In this document: one piece after another, positions 1-13,193 of the stretch
Layout of the letters: every line of letters begins with the position of its first letter
Position numbering within the stretch: position 1 is the first letter of the stretch
From: Felis catus
Lineage: Eukaryota
Assembly (NCBI RefSeq): GCF_018350175.1
Contig: NC_058368.1
Location: forward strand, 70,124,001-70,188,000
Direction of reading: 5' to 3'
Length of the DNA stretch: 64,000 nt
Position numbers and translations under genes: made by a program
The notes under the pieces: model-generated
Told to the model about the DNA's origin: nothing
Database searches by the model: none
The model's input: only the letters and a program-made list of their open reading frames with translations

Positions 1-1999
1 AATGTCAAGAGGCCAGTGTCTCAAACCAATCTTACAATTTTTCCAAATGACTGGAGATAACTTATGTCCAAGTATTTCTGTTAAATAGCCAATTACGGCT
101 GGGGTGTTAGTTCTAAGACTGACCTCACCTTATTTGGGGAGAAAAATTTTTACTCAAGGAATAAATTTTGTTTTCGTAGGTCCAGCGACTCACAGATATA
201 CTCACAGCTGGTAGGACACCTGGAATCCACAGTGATCTTTACAACATGAAATACTGAGCACAGTACTGAATTCCATCATGTGAAAGAGAAGCAATTTAAT
301 GAGTAGAAAATATGACTTAATTAACTGAATATGATATATTCTCAACCAAGAGCAGCTGTTTACCAACTGGAAAAAAGAAAGGGTGGCTCCAGTGTTTCGG
401 GAACTGCTCACATGGCTTGTTGTCTGTGAACATTACTTTTCCAGGGGCCACCATCCTCCCTACTTATGGCTGGATTAAGGTTTGCACAGATCTGGATGTG
501 AGCTTTCCTCCTCTCAGCACTCTTTGGGGGAGGATATCCAGAAGAGATAGTGTGGACAAAAATCGCCAGGAGCCTGGTCTTGCTGATGGAACTGGCCTGT
601 CTCCAAGTTCTTACCCCTGGAGTTAAATTTTCCTTCCTCGCACTTTCTCGTCAAGGTGTGTGTTCCTATTTTCAGGATTTAGTCTTCGTGGGTTCTGGTC
701 TCAAAACCCAATTGCAAGAATGCAGTTAAAACTCACTCACATGAAAATATTAAAAAAATCCCTCATGTAAAGGGATAGAGGACCTCTCAACCCAGACACA
801 ACCCCGTGTACCAGCTGCCACCTGCCATCTTCCAATCAATCTTCTTCTCTCCCTCTCTTGGTCTCTCTGCATGTCTGTCTCTTTTCACTAATTAGAAAGT
901 GATATACACAAATGTAAAAAAAATGTTTGAACATTCAAAAAGGACGGGGGTTGGGAGGTGGGAAACAAAACAGAACCACCCTTCACTTTTCCACTCAGAA
1001 GTAACCACAGGTAGCAACAGAGTGTATCTCATGTCCACCTTTTTATCCCTATGGACTTGTCCTGAAAATAGGAGAATTTCATTCAGGAAATTAAATGAGA
1101 CGTTGCAACAATATGGAGGGCACGGCTATTCTCTAGCAACAAGGTGGAGAATAGGTTGTAAATAAATCTCAGGAGCTGTCGGATATGCATGCAGGTTTGA
1201 CTGTTGTAATGCGTCCTCCTTGGCAGAATGAGCCTTTAAGAGAATGAACACTCAAAATCAGTAATTTTTAAAGATCCAGGAACAGGATAAAAACAAACTT
1301 AAACCTTGGGTACCAAAGTGAGAGGTCTAGAACCATGTTATTTAAAATAGATGTACCTTTCCTAGGCATACAGCATTTAGTTTTATTTAGACATTGCTTT
1401 AAAAATCCAGTTTAGAGAAGAGCTGTGTCAGTTGCAAACACTCAACAATCACTAAGGTGACCTGATTTCATGCGTTCTTGCAGACCAGGCTCACGGTTGT
1501 GTGAACCAGACCAGAAAGTTCCTAGAAGAACCCAATGATCCAAGCGCCCTCCAACATCGCATACGGATTCTCCCCATGCAGCTCAAATCAAGAAAAGGCA
1601 CTACGTGGAATTGCTAAAAATACATTATCAGATTAAATCTGTAAACCCATCAAAAAGATCATCAAAGATCATTAAAGGCCAGCATTGACTTGGGGTTGTG
1701 TTAATCATAGACATTATGAAATAGCCAGAGAAGAACACTACTTTTCTGCATCTAACTACCTTGGCTTACAAAACACATCCTTTTGTGTATTAAATGAGAC
1801 AACACATGTGAAAGCATCCAACACAGGACCGGCAACTGGTAAGTGTTTGGTAATTCTCTTCTTTTTTTCTACATGAAAGATCATTCAATTACCTTGATAT
1901 AACTCAGCTTAGCTTTTCTCTCTTTCTCCCTCTTTCCCTCCCCTATCACCACCTCCCTGCCATGCCTGGCTTAGTGGAGAACAAGAACTTCATCTGGTC

Positions 2000-2165
2000 A
2001 AATGTGCAGTGATCTTGGGCAAATCTTTTAACCTGTCTCAGTCTCAATCTCCTCATCTGTGAAATGAGTGATAAGAAGATCCACCAGGGCAGGCTAACAT
2101 GAAGATTAATGCTTGAGGCACAGAGTAATAATAAATAAATAAATAGCAGGAATTTCATTCAATAA
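2000..2165 (+). mobile_element. MIR SINE fragment
   Basis: MIR core-like gtgatcttgggcaaatctttaacctgtctcagtctcaatctcctcatctgtgaaatg. Confidence 0.7.
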
Positions 2166-2260
2166 ATAGCAGGAAACTAACAACAACAACAACAACAACG
2201 TTATTATTAAGGGTTTAAGTCTTTTCAAACATTTTCTTTCATTAAGAATATGATTTCTTG

Positions 2261-2471
2261 GGCCTAGGTGGCTCAGTTGATTAAGCGTCAGACTTCCGCT
2301 GAGGTCATGACCTCACAGTTCAAGAGTTTGAGCCCCGCGTAGGGCTCTGTGCTGACAGCTCAGAGCCTGGAGCTGTTGTATCTCCCTCTCTCTGGCCCCG
2401 CACCCGCTCATGCGCTCACACTCTTTCTCTCTCTCAAAAATGGATAAACGCTAAAAAAAAATAAAAAAAAA
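2261..2471 (+). mobile_element. SINEC_Fc-type SINE
   Basis: tRNA-like head, CT tract, A tail; 17-bp TSD aagaatatgatttcttg (2244-2260 / 2472-2488). Confidence 0.95.
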
Positions 2472-3684
2472 AAGAATATGATTTCTTGACTATCCTTGGC
2501 AACTTATTAGATGCAGTCAATTAAGAGACTCAGTAACGATGGTGCTGTATCTGTGGAAGATGATTTTAGATGATTTTTTTCCAATTATGTCAGTTAACTC
2601 AGTGTAAGAATTTAATTTTTCTGATACGCTTCAAATGGTGCATCAGCTGAGTAAATATCTGCAGAGGAAGATCCTAGTGGCTGCCGTGTCAGGGGCCTCA
2701 TGAACCTGCGAATCCAGACCAGCAAGCCTGCAGTGTGGCATGGCATCCAATAATGCCGTAACATCTGCCCATCTTTCCACTTCCTAATGGGGGTACAGAG
2801 CTTTAAACGTTTTTGCACACAGGCGTGTAGACTTCGACAGAGACCACCTCTGCACTAAAGCTCAGTCTTCTCTGTGGGTCTGAGGAGTTAGACCCTTTGT
2901 CATGGGCCCAGGAAGTCATGAACACAGGGTAGACGTTTTGGGATACTTCTTATCAATCCATGATACAGTAAGCATAACTGCCAAGTTCTAGGTAAGGAAA
3001 CCAGGGTTTCCAGATGTCCAGCAGACCCAGCCGAGGCTTAGAATCTGGCTAATGGTGGAGCTGGGAGGTAAAGCCTAGTCTGTATCCACAAAGTGGCAGA
3101 TTCTTTCAAAGGCCATCCTACTTTAACCAAACAATGAGAGACAGATCGTTTTCTTCTAACCTTACAAATGAGAAATCTTAGGTCTGGAGACATGAGGTAA
3201 TTTTCCCAAAGACATTCAGACAATAAATGTCACAAGCAGGGACCATCAGATGTTGTTTCTCTCTCAAGAATTGGGCAGAACCTACCTGGTGGCCAGACGC
3301 TGGAGACCTGGGAACCTTGATGAAACCTCTTCTTTAATATGAGGCAAGCATTTTCAAGGGGGCTCAGTATGGACTGTAGGCTGTGCAGTGAAGAAACTGT
3401 CACTGTTCTCATGTGCCCGCAGACACACCTCTGCTGCATGTGCCCTTACCCCTGGCCACACAGCACTAGGCTTTCCTGCTTGTTGGCACGGTGGGGCCCA
3501 GGCAGAGGGCAGAAAGCCATGTCCCAACTACTGTTCCGAACTTAAGGATTCTCAGTTAGCAGTGGTACAGGCATACCCTGGCCAACACTCACATTAAACA
3601 TGTCATTGCCTATTTGGACAACAGTTTTTAACTAAAAACACTCAAAAGAAAATGGAAAGAGGTTCCGAATGTGGTTCTGGTAGA

Positions 3685-3835
3685 GCAGAGGCTCTCAAGT
3701 GGTAGCATTCAGGTCTCACCCCGAGACTTTCGGATTCAGCCAGTCTAGGTGAGGGCCTGAGAACCTGCCTTTCTAACATGCTCCCAGGGTTTCCAGCTGC
3801 TGCCACCCAGGGGACCACACTCTGAGAGCCACAGG
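3685..3835. mobile_element. MER5A-like hAT-Charlie fossil
   Basis: gattcagccagtctaggtgagggcctgagaacctgcctttctaacatgctcccagg...ggaccacactctgagagccac. Confidence 0.7.
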
Positions 3836-4729
3836 AGTGGAGGCTCTGTGTAATAAGACACTGCTGTCCTCACACATATTCGATGAGAGTCCGCATTTCC
3901 CGGTCTCTCATCTGGGTTCCTAGTAATGACATTTCGTAGGGGCATGAGTGGTGTGGCTGCTAAGAAGAATAAAGGTATATTATAATAAAGTGACATGATA
4001 TCAGGGCAACTATTTTTATCCTAATAAAGTAATGCGCTTTATGAGAAGCAGAGATAAGTAAAGCAGAGAATGACTCTGGCTGCATTTTCCAAATATCCTT
4101 GGAAACAAACACACTGTTTCGGTATTCGTGGCATATTAACACTAATTCAATTTCCTCCTTCCACGGTAGAAATGGAAGAAATCGTTTAGCAAGACTAGGA
4201 AGTGTTAAGTTCCTAAAATCAAGCGAGTGGCTTGAGAGACCATCTCTACCTACTTGACCGTTACTTGCTAAAACCTAAAAATAAGACAAACACCACCTTT
4301 TATTGTCTATCCTTGAAATTGTAAAAGGTGAATGCGTGTGTACTTATTTTAACTGCCGCTACATTTGGATATGTTCAAAGGTGGTAGAGGTGGCAATGCC
4401 TGATCAGGTTCCCATATTATCACCCTTGAGGGCACAGCAAACCGTGTTCCCCAGATGGATGCTTTCTTCTGGCCAAGAGGTAACCACCTCCAGGAACTGG
4501 TTCCGTCACACCCTGACTGGTAAGCTTTATTTTATTTCAGGGAATTCGAGTCATTAGCTACGGAATGGTTTCATTAAGGGATTTTAAGGATTTATGGTTT
4601 CTTTACAGGGGCAAAAACAGTCGCTGAGACAAAATATACAATATAGGAAGCTCTTGCCGGTTCAATTAAACACGCACAATGAATTTACAAGGTAAAAGCT
4701 CTGACCATGAACAGCTGTTCAATACCAAC

Positions 4730-4845
4730 CTTAAACGCCAGTGTAAACAGAGACAGAGTGTCCAGAGCCGTAAGGCACACCTCCGTAGCAATGTTGGCTT
4801 CAAGTAGGGACTGGTGAAGGACGTCAGCGTCTGAGTGGCCATAGC
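4730..4845 (-). CDS. DOCK9: DOCK9 exon, 116 nt: [38 protein letters not shown]
   Basis: GCAG acceptor, AAG|GTTGGT donor, phase 1->0. Confidence 0.95.
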
Positions 4846-5074
4846 CTGCGTGAATTACAACACGAGGTTACTGCCGGGGGCTGCAGACAGAGAGGGCGGT
4901 GGCCCGATACAATCACGCAGTCAACTTTTGATTATTTAGGGAAGGCTTCCTTTGGGGCTTTGTCTCCCTGTTTGCCCTTTTCATCGGTGGTGGGGCAGGG
5001 GTAGGTAATTAATAATGCGTCTGTTGGGTTATGACTCTACGATTCTGGAAGGGAAAGAATGGCAGCAACCATTT

Positions 5075-5600
5075 ATTTTGTATTTGCCACGTGCCAGCAA
5101 TCATTCTATGAACTTCACATGTATTCGCTCATTTAATCCTTCAACGGCCCTATGAAGTATGTACATTATTAAACCCTTTCTGCAGATAAGGAGACAGAGG
5201 CACAGGAAGGCTAAACAGCTTGCCTTAAGTCGCACAGTTAGCCCACAGTGGGCGCCAATCCACCGAGTACTTGGCTGAGCTGCTGGGACGGGAGGGGCGG
5301 TGAAAGAGGCTGAGGCTTCCCAAGCTTCCCACATGGACACAGGCAGCAGAGGAGCACAGGGGTTAAGAAAATGAGCCCAGGGTCAGCCTGCTGGTCCCTG
5401 AATCCAGCTCAGCCACGTGCTAGCTGTGTGACCGTGGGCAAGTTATTCGGCCTCTTTATACCTCTGTGTCCTGGCCTGTAGAATGGGGACAATAATAGTA
5501 TCTACCTCAAAGGGTTGCAGGGAGCATTAAGTTGGTTACAATATGTGAAATTCTTAGAATAGTGCCCGGCGCATGGTGAATGCTACGTAAGTGCTGAATC
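5075..5600. mobile_element. Two MIR SINEs in opposite orientation (about 5075-5270 minus, 5345-5600 plus)
   Basis: MIR core motifs on both strands. Confidence 0.7.
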
Positions 5601-6957
5601 GCTGACGTGAAGAACCAGGCATGATAATCAAGAGTTGACTGCACTGCTAATAGTATTCTACTTGCTTTATCAAAAAGCACGAAAGCCAGTATGTCTGAAG
5701 GAAACGTTTAAGAAAAGGAAAGGACTTGAAGAATCCTAATTTAAATACAAACTGATATCTACTATACATGGCTATAAACTTCAATTTAGTACTGACATAA
5801 ATGTAGCTCGACATACAATTTGAGATATTACATTATGAAATGATATGCATTAGCAGAAATACATACAGGGGTGCAAAGATGTTACAGGACTGATCTAGAT
5901 GACAAAGAAAGATGGCACGATAATAAAATGTCATGTAATGTCTTTCTCCAAGGAGCATAAGCAAATCATCACTTACTATGTAGGTAATTTTCTTTATACT
6001 CCAGAGAGGAGGACATTTTGTATACAGATCAGGAAAATGAAGTGCGGAAAACCTAGAGAATTTTCTTGAGGCCATTAATGGGGGAAAAAAACCCCTAGAA
6101 ACTGCACCCTAAATTCCTGATCCAGGTCACCATATCATAGTACCTGTTACTAGGATAAAGTAAAGTAACTAGCATGATGTTATTCTCGCTTGAGCAAATG
6201 TCAGAGTTACAGAATGATTTTTAAAAGACTACAAAACAGACTTTCCAAGTTACTGAGAAAGATGGATATATTTTGGTAATAAGGTCAGCCAAGGCATCAC
6301 CCATTTGGCATGGTTTGTTTGGTAAGATACAGAGATGATGAAAGAGGAAAACGGACTGTTAACTATTGTTAAAGTGATCATAAAATGGGGCAAGAGGGGA
6401 AAAAATCAATACAGCACCTTTTGTTAGATCAACCAAAATTATCACAGGTCACAAAGACCCTTTGTTGAGGGCTGCCGTTTACCCCTACTGATGGTTAATG
6501 ATCTGGGTTAAATTGTCCCAAGAACTGGCTTTAATTTTTTTCTTGGCACAGAACTGACATTTTCTTTTTCTAGGTAACTCCTTGGCTACGTGTATGCAGA
6601 TGCGATCGCCTACACGCTCAAGGATTTCCACTGTGTTTACTTTCAGCTGGAGGTCTAGACCAATCCAGGACTGAAATTTGGCCATGTGTTGTCTTTAAAA
6701 CATATAATCAATGGCCATGCTAGTTAAGTTTTTATATAATTACGTATCCATGTATGGAAACATGACAATGACAAATTTCTCTAAACTCTTACACCATCCG
6801 TGAATCTTGACCTTGTCTATCTGATCTCCTTAAGGGGGACAGTCAGATTCATATGGAGTCTGTCTGCCTGTGTCTGAATTATCTAAGAATAAAAGAAATG
6901 ATCTTTTTAAGCCACAGTTGGTTATAATTTTGCTTTTTGTTAAGCCCTCATCTCAAA

Positions 6958-7100
6958 ACAGAGGATTATTGGAAGGGTTGTGGGAGGGGGGCTGGGCTAA
7001 ATGGGTAAGGGGCATTAAGGAATCTACTCCTGAAATCATTGTTGCACTATATGCTAACTAACTTGGATGTAAATTAAAAAAAGAAAAAAGAAAAAAAGAA
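6958..7100 (+). mobile_element. 5'-truncated carnivore L1, 3' end
   Basis: G-rich 3'UTR, gaatctactcctgaaatcattgttgcactatatgctaac, A-rich tail. Confidence 0.88.
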
Positions 7101-8066
7101 ATCAGCAGGATTCCTGAGCTGGTGTTATTAAAAAGTCCCTAAAAGTAAGGGGCAGCATGGAGAGGTTATGTAAGCGGTAGACACTGCAGGGACAGTTTAC
7201 TGAGAGATGCTCCGGTGGAGAAGGCTTGTCTCAACACCTGGAACAAAGCCGTGCACAAGGGAAGGCTTTAGTCAGCGGTCACCATAGGAAATGAACTGAC
7301 TTGGTATATCCAAAAAGTGATCGTAAGAGAAAAAGCAAGTTCTTAAGGTACTGGTCAGCAACTCACTGAAGCTGTAATATTAAGTGGATTCTGACCCCAG
7401 CAAGCAAGAAGTGCTGTGTTAACCAACCCTACTGATTTTCCCTAGGGGACAGCGCTCGGGGCACTGACTGTCTTCAGCCAGGCTGGTCAGGGAGAGGAGG
7501 ACTTCCTCCCTTCCCCAGTGTGCCATCTTTGGCATGCACATCATGGACTGCTCCTATTTCCACACTTTTTTGTTCTGATGTCACTCTATGATAAAGGATT
7601 TATTCCAGAATCCCCAAATCTTTTAAACACTCAGAGGCCAGGGATGAGATTTCTTCCCCTATCTAATGTCATCTGCTCTGTTAGACTTAATTAACCTTGC
7701 TCTGTTTAATAAACTGTTACTAGAACAGCTTGACTGAATAATGCTGACCACATCTGTAAACTGTCTCCCCCTCTCCACTGCCATGACATCAGAGGTGATG
7801 TGGTGGGAGGGACACAGCTACATGCCTTTTCCAAACATGAGAGGACATTCGAGCTCGAAGAAGTCAGACATGTATTCTCATAGGGGGCACTTTCTTTTCA
7901 ACAGCTGCCCTTACCCTTTATGAAACCAGAATTCTTGTTTTTATCGTTAATTTTTTTCCCTCTGGCCCATACAATATAAATCCAAAAAACAATACATTTT
8001 ATGAGAAAAATGTAAATACTACTAAATGACAAGGAATCTTCTTGCTAAAAGAAGTCCCCAAATGTT

Positions 8067-8286
8067 CACAAGAGGCTCTAAAATACAGAGAACAAGCTGA
8101 GGGTTGCTGGAGGGGTTGCGGGTAGGGGGATGGGCTAAATGGCTAAGGGGCATTAAAGAAGACACTTGGGAGGAGCACTGGGTGTTATACACAGGGGATG
8201 AATCACTGGAATCTACTCCTGAAATCATTTTGCACTATTTGCTAACTTAGATGTAAATTTAAAAATAAATTAACTGATTAAGAAAA
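8067..8286 (+). mobile_element. 5'-truncated carnivore L1, 3' end
   Basis: L1 3'UTR; 20-bp TSD aaaagaagtccccaaatgtt (8047-8066 / 8287-8306). Confidence 0.92.
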
Positions 8287-8510
8287 AAAAGAAGTCCCCA
8301 AATGTTGAAGATCCAGTCTCCCAGGTATATTAACTCATGGTCTCCAGCATTTACTAACTGCACGTATTTTTGCAATGTATCAGGTGGACCAACCCCTACA
8401 TCATCTATTGTTCATCTCCATCTCACTTTTACTGCTAAAAAGGTTTTCCTCACAAATGAGCAGAGAGGAAACAGTAGAAATAAGGAATAATATTCCCAGG
8501 CAAAACTTAC

Positions 8511-8530
8511 GTGATCTTGCTGTCTGTCCT
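8511..8530 (-). CDS. DOCK9: Candidate 20-nt mutually exclusive microexon: (R)GQTARS(R)
   Basis: T-rich plus (TG)n tract, ATCAG acceptor, CAC|GTAAGT donor, phase 2->1, no stop. Confidence 0.55.
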
Positions 8531-11500
8531 CTGATTCACACACACACACACAAAAACAAATATGCTCAAAATGATTTGTGGAATGAGTCTAAAATCTCAG
8601 TTTATACTCGAGGAAATGGTTATGCCATCTGCTCTCTCTGACCAATGCCTCAACCTAATGTTGAGCGGTGTCTGAAAATAGTACCTGTTATGGGATTTAC
8701 ATCTCAAACTGGGAAAACACTTGGTTTACGCATACATTTTAATTTAAAGTCCTTTTTAAGGGTATTAAAAACATAAACATGACTGACTTTGAATAGGCAT
8801 TTTGCCAGACTTTGAGTTCTGAAACCCCATCAATTACAAGAAGTACCAATGACTGACTGCCATATTAGATGTACTAGGTAAGATACAGGTGTAAGATAGG
8901 TCTGTTATAACTCAAAGATATACCCTGATATTACAAATGCTAGAAAATGTGCAAAAATGTATTTCTCAATCAAGGAACCTGTCTCAGAATCAAAAAAAGT
9001 GGCTTTATAAACAAACATTTCATTTACTATCTTGAGTATATATATGCCTTCAAAGCATCCAAGTCCATTTTTACCTATTTTAAAAAATATATTGCCAGGC
9101 TTAAAACCTTTTGAAAAATATTAATTTTACTTCAGAGGATATATGCATTCTCTGTATTTTTCCTATTAATTCAATATTATATCAAGGAACTTTATCACTG
9201 ATACTCATTTGCTTACTTGTACTTCATAGACATCAAAGAATTCCAGAGTTAGATGGGGTCTTACAAACCCACTTGTCCAACTCCTCACCTTCTCTTGTGA
9301 TGTTTAAGTGACCTGGACAATACCCCCAGTGGGTCTTCATCCAGTCTCTGTTTTCACACCTCCAGCTCCAAGTGCCCACGCTAGCTAATGGGCAGTTCAG
9401 TTAGAAAATGCTTTTGCACAATGACCTGAAATCTAATTCTCTGCAACTTAACTCCATGACCTTGAACTCTCTCTTATACTGGATTATATGAAACACAGGT
9501 TTTCTTGAAGTGTTTCTACCTCTTGCTGGCTTTCCCCCCCTCATACCAGTGGGAAATATGAATTCTCATACAAATAGATTTAATATATTCCTAGGGCAAC
9601 ATATAACATCAAAGTAAATGCAAGGTGTTATTTTATATGTTTTGCACATGCATTACCTATTTGCGAACGTGTTTCACTTAGCTTCCTTCTCATAGCTTGG
9701 CTTATGTAAAATACTCTATATGCAGCTATCACTCTCAATATACCATTTGACACAAATATCTTCTGTTGACACACAATGGAGGTACTTTACAATAAAAAGG
9801 TCAATGTGTTAATGTTATACACATTTACTTTTCATGTACCTGGGTAACGACTCAAAGTTAATGAACCTCTCTGTATCTTTTGAGTGTTTTTTTTTTTTTG
9901 AAATAGTTAAAGACTATTTTGAGCACAGTAGGATTTGTAATTTTCATTGTTTCCTATCAAAATCCAAGAGTAAGAACCTGCCACGGTGACATGTGTACTG
10001 CATATGGTGTCCTTTCCCACATCCTACATGGATGTGCTAATGGGGGCATGAAAGTTGGCCTCCATTGAATTAAATTTCCTGTGGTCTTCTGCTGCTCCCT
10101 GCTGGTCAAGCTGAGGCCTGGCAAAGCCTTTCCTACTCAAAGAAAAAGGCAAAACAAAAAATGCAGGTGGTGTATGGGGGACTCTTTCTATTTTTATTCT
10201 TTTCTAAAATAAATTCATTTTAGACTCTGGCACCCTACAAATCTCTCACATATTGGATCTATGTCATATATTGGATGGTCCAACAGAAGGTACTGTATTC
10301 ATTGTTAAAGAAGAATTTTTTAGGAAGACATATATATCTATAGACTTCCCACAGAACACCCAGGTACAGGTGTGAAAATAATCATGTATGTATATATACA
10401 TATACATGCTCACACACATACACATGTATACATATAGCACATACTTCTCTGTGGCTTCTGGGCAAACTGACAATTTGGAGCTCAAAAAGCTAACAGAGGG
10501 AAAGGCTGACACCACCCAAATACATCATCAGATTTAGAGTTGTAAATGAAGACTGAGTTCTTGAAGAAGACGCAAGGACTGTGAGACACCAGAACCAATT
10601 TGGGATGAGCAGGAATTGTAGGAACACAGGAGAAGGCTCAAAGAATCAGTTACACACTGTTTATTGGGAAGGCAGAAGGAGAAGCTCTGATGGAGGATGG
10701 TGTCACTGAAAACTGACTGAAGCAGAAACTATGGGAAGAAAGAAAGGAGAGAGGCAGGAAGGATGGGCTCTCCGTGGGTAGCAGGAAGAGAGGATGGATA
10801 TCAACCACGTTAGCAATATGGTCCTTGGCTGCAAAACACAGCCAGCTGTCTCTCCCCTCCAATTCAAGCCACCATTGCAAAATCTGTTTGCAGTGGGAGA
10901 AGCTGCCGTAGTTCTTAGTGGATTAAGGTTATTTATTCATGTGCCGATCATTCACTTGACTTTTGTTTTCTGTGTTTCCTGAATGATTCTTTGGAGGCGG
11001 GGACTTGGTCTGTTGATTTATTTTTTAAAGTGCTTTAAAGTTTAAGTATTTATTTCAGCTGATGGCGAGGTAGTCCCTGTGTTATAATCTGCACAAAGGC
11101 AGTGTAGCAACTTCTGCAGAACAATGGGAATTTAATTTCTGTTTGCTAAATGGGAAATGAAAACGAAAAACAACAAAATTTTTTGTTTTGTTTGTTTCAA
11201 CCCCTTGCCTACAGAGCTAGAAAAAGCCCTAACAGACAAGAGGTGAAACAATGAAGTGCTGTGGCCTTAGATGTGTTACTAATATACGTCCTGCAGCTGA
11301 GTATAGGACTCAGAACTAGCTCTTGAAAGCTACCAATTCAGTGTGTGGCAGGCAAACATAATACGGATCTATATTAAGCTCAGAATTTTATAGAGAGTCT
11401 ATGCCCATTGCATTTAACTTCGTTGGGGCGGAAGAGGGGACAGCGGTTATATATTTCGATTCCTTGGCCTTCTTACTCTGAACTACTACCAACTTAAAGT

Positions 11501-12019
11501 ATTGAGAATATTGTCTTTACTCTTAGCCTATATTAAGAAAGAGGTATGAAGATCACAATGAGTGCAATTCCTATGATTAGAAATGATGAGAAGATATTAA
11601 TAACTACATTAAAGACATGGAATGAGAACAAATAATTGTCTAGATTAAACAACTAGCTACATTATACCTGGAGAAAAGATGAAACAATTCAGAGAACATG
11701 TCACTAACAGAAATGGTATTTATTATAAATGATCGCCATTAGTTTTTAAAATACTGCATGGCTGATATTCTTTTAGGTTTTCTGCTTTGAGAAACCCTTA
11801 GAAAGATGAAACATGTACATGTTTCTAGAACTAGTACATGACGCCATGTCCCCTCTGGTGATTTGAAAAAAGTAAATTAAAACTATGCTCCCCCTTTTTG
11901 GTAGAATCTCTACTGTGAAGTTAGAAAGCCCCAAAGTTAGGAAGGCAAGATGAACGAAAAGGTCTCAGTTTGCAAGTGAAGCGGCCTCATAAGCAGACTC
12001 CAACCTGATTAAATCTTAC

Positions 12020-12063
12020 CATTGTCTACAGAAATTCCAAGCACACTTGATATCTTTCTCACA
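12020..12063 (-). CDS. DOCK9: DOCK9 mutually exclusive exon, 44 nt: (S)VRKISSVLGISVDN(G)
   Basis: TTTTCAG acceptor, ATG|GTAAGA donor, phase 2->1; matches a human DOCK9 isoform peptide as I recall it. Confidence 0.88.
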
Positions 12064-12574
12064 CTGAAAACACAGAAAAAGTCACTTTGTTATTGGCTTT
12101 TCCACACCCTCACAAATTGATTCATGGGCTTTATGTTTTCACAGCAGTTTAAGGATTAACATACATTCAAAGCTGGAATGTCAGAATGTGGACACGTGAT
12201 CAGTTACATGCATGGGCTCAGAAGAGTGAAAGGGACCTGTTCCAGATGTCCTCAGGACTTCCAGAGGGAAAATGCAAGTATTAAGTTAAAAATATCAAGA
12301 GAATGTTTGGCTGTCAAACCTGCCAAATTTTACGTTAAAAAATACTGAACGGAGGGGTTGGGACACTTTCAGGTCTAATGCCGTAGCTGACCACGTTCCG
12401 CATTATGTCACTCTCCTCCAAAGAAGGGGATTTCGCCATGAACTCTTCATCCCACTTGCTCTGAGCTGGAAGAAAAGTCAGGTTGGTGATGTGGCGCAGT
12501 GCGGCCTGGGGCTCTCCCCTCTGAGGTGTCACATGAGATGGCTGGCTGTTACGATGGCATGTCATGGGACTTAC

Positions 12575-12711
12575 TGTGGTTAAAAGTGAGAGAGTTATCC
12601 AGGCTGCCCAGCTGCTGCAATCTGGCATGCATCATTCCTGTTCTGTTACGGGAAACAGGCAATGTCTGAGACTTTCGATCATGAACTATGGGTCCCAACC
12701 CCTCCTGGTTC
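12575..12711 (-). CDS. DOCK9: DOCK9 alternative exon with two acceptors: long 137 nt ([23 protein letters not shown] + [22 protein letters not shown]) or short 68 nt (12575-12642)
   Basis: GCAG acceptor at 12712-13, internal ACAG acceptor at 12643-44, GTAAGT donor; both forms phase 2->1; recognised DOCK9 sequence. Confidence 0.93.
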
Positions 12712-13187
12712 CTGCAACATGAGTGAAATGGGATAGAAGCAAAAGTTAGACTTGTTACACTGCAGCAAGACGAGGAGGGTTAGTGAGGCCAGGACACAGC
12801 ACAAGGGACGGCCACACGCCAGCCACGTGCAGCGCAGCCTTCTGGGGCCAAGGAGCCAGAGACGCACACACAGGCCTCAGCTCTAAAAGGGTTCACAGCA
12901 AAGCACCTGACGACAAAGAAGCAAAAACCAAGCTGAAGCAGGGAACTTTCCAGTTCTAGAAAGTACTTTAGAGATGCTGCTTTTAAAAAATTTGAGCATC
13001 TGTCTGAGGTGGTGCTAAAGATTAGCGTTCTGACAACTGCCAAACACCATGAACCTTTTCGGGTTAAATAGGTTATTAAAGAGCAAAAAAAAAAAAAAAA
13101 AAAAAATTCTTTAATGAAAATAATGCATTGGAAGAAGCAGAGAACAAACATGCAATGAGGAGGATTATATGAGGCGGTTTTAACACC

Positions 13188-13193
13188 TTTATT
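13188..13193 (-). promoter_or_regulatory. Candidate intronic polyadenylation signal
   Basis: AATAAA on the gene strand, CA about 16 nt later, then TGTTTGTTCTCTG and a long T run downstream. Confidence 0.4.

Noticed and set aside
13040..13110. Poly-T followed by AAAAG|GTTCATG, possible acceptor
   Set aside because: Purine-rich AG context, in-frame stop after 12 codons, no usable donor.
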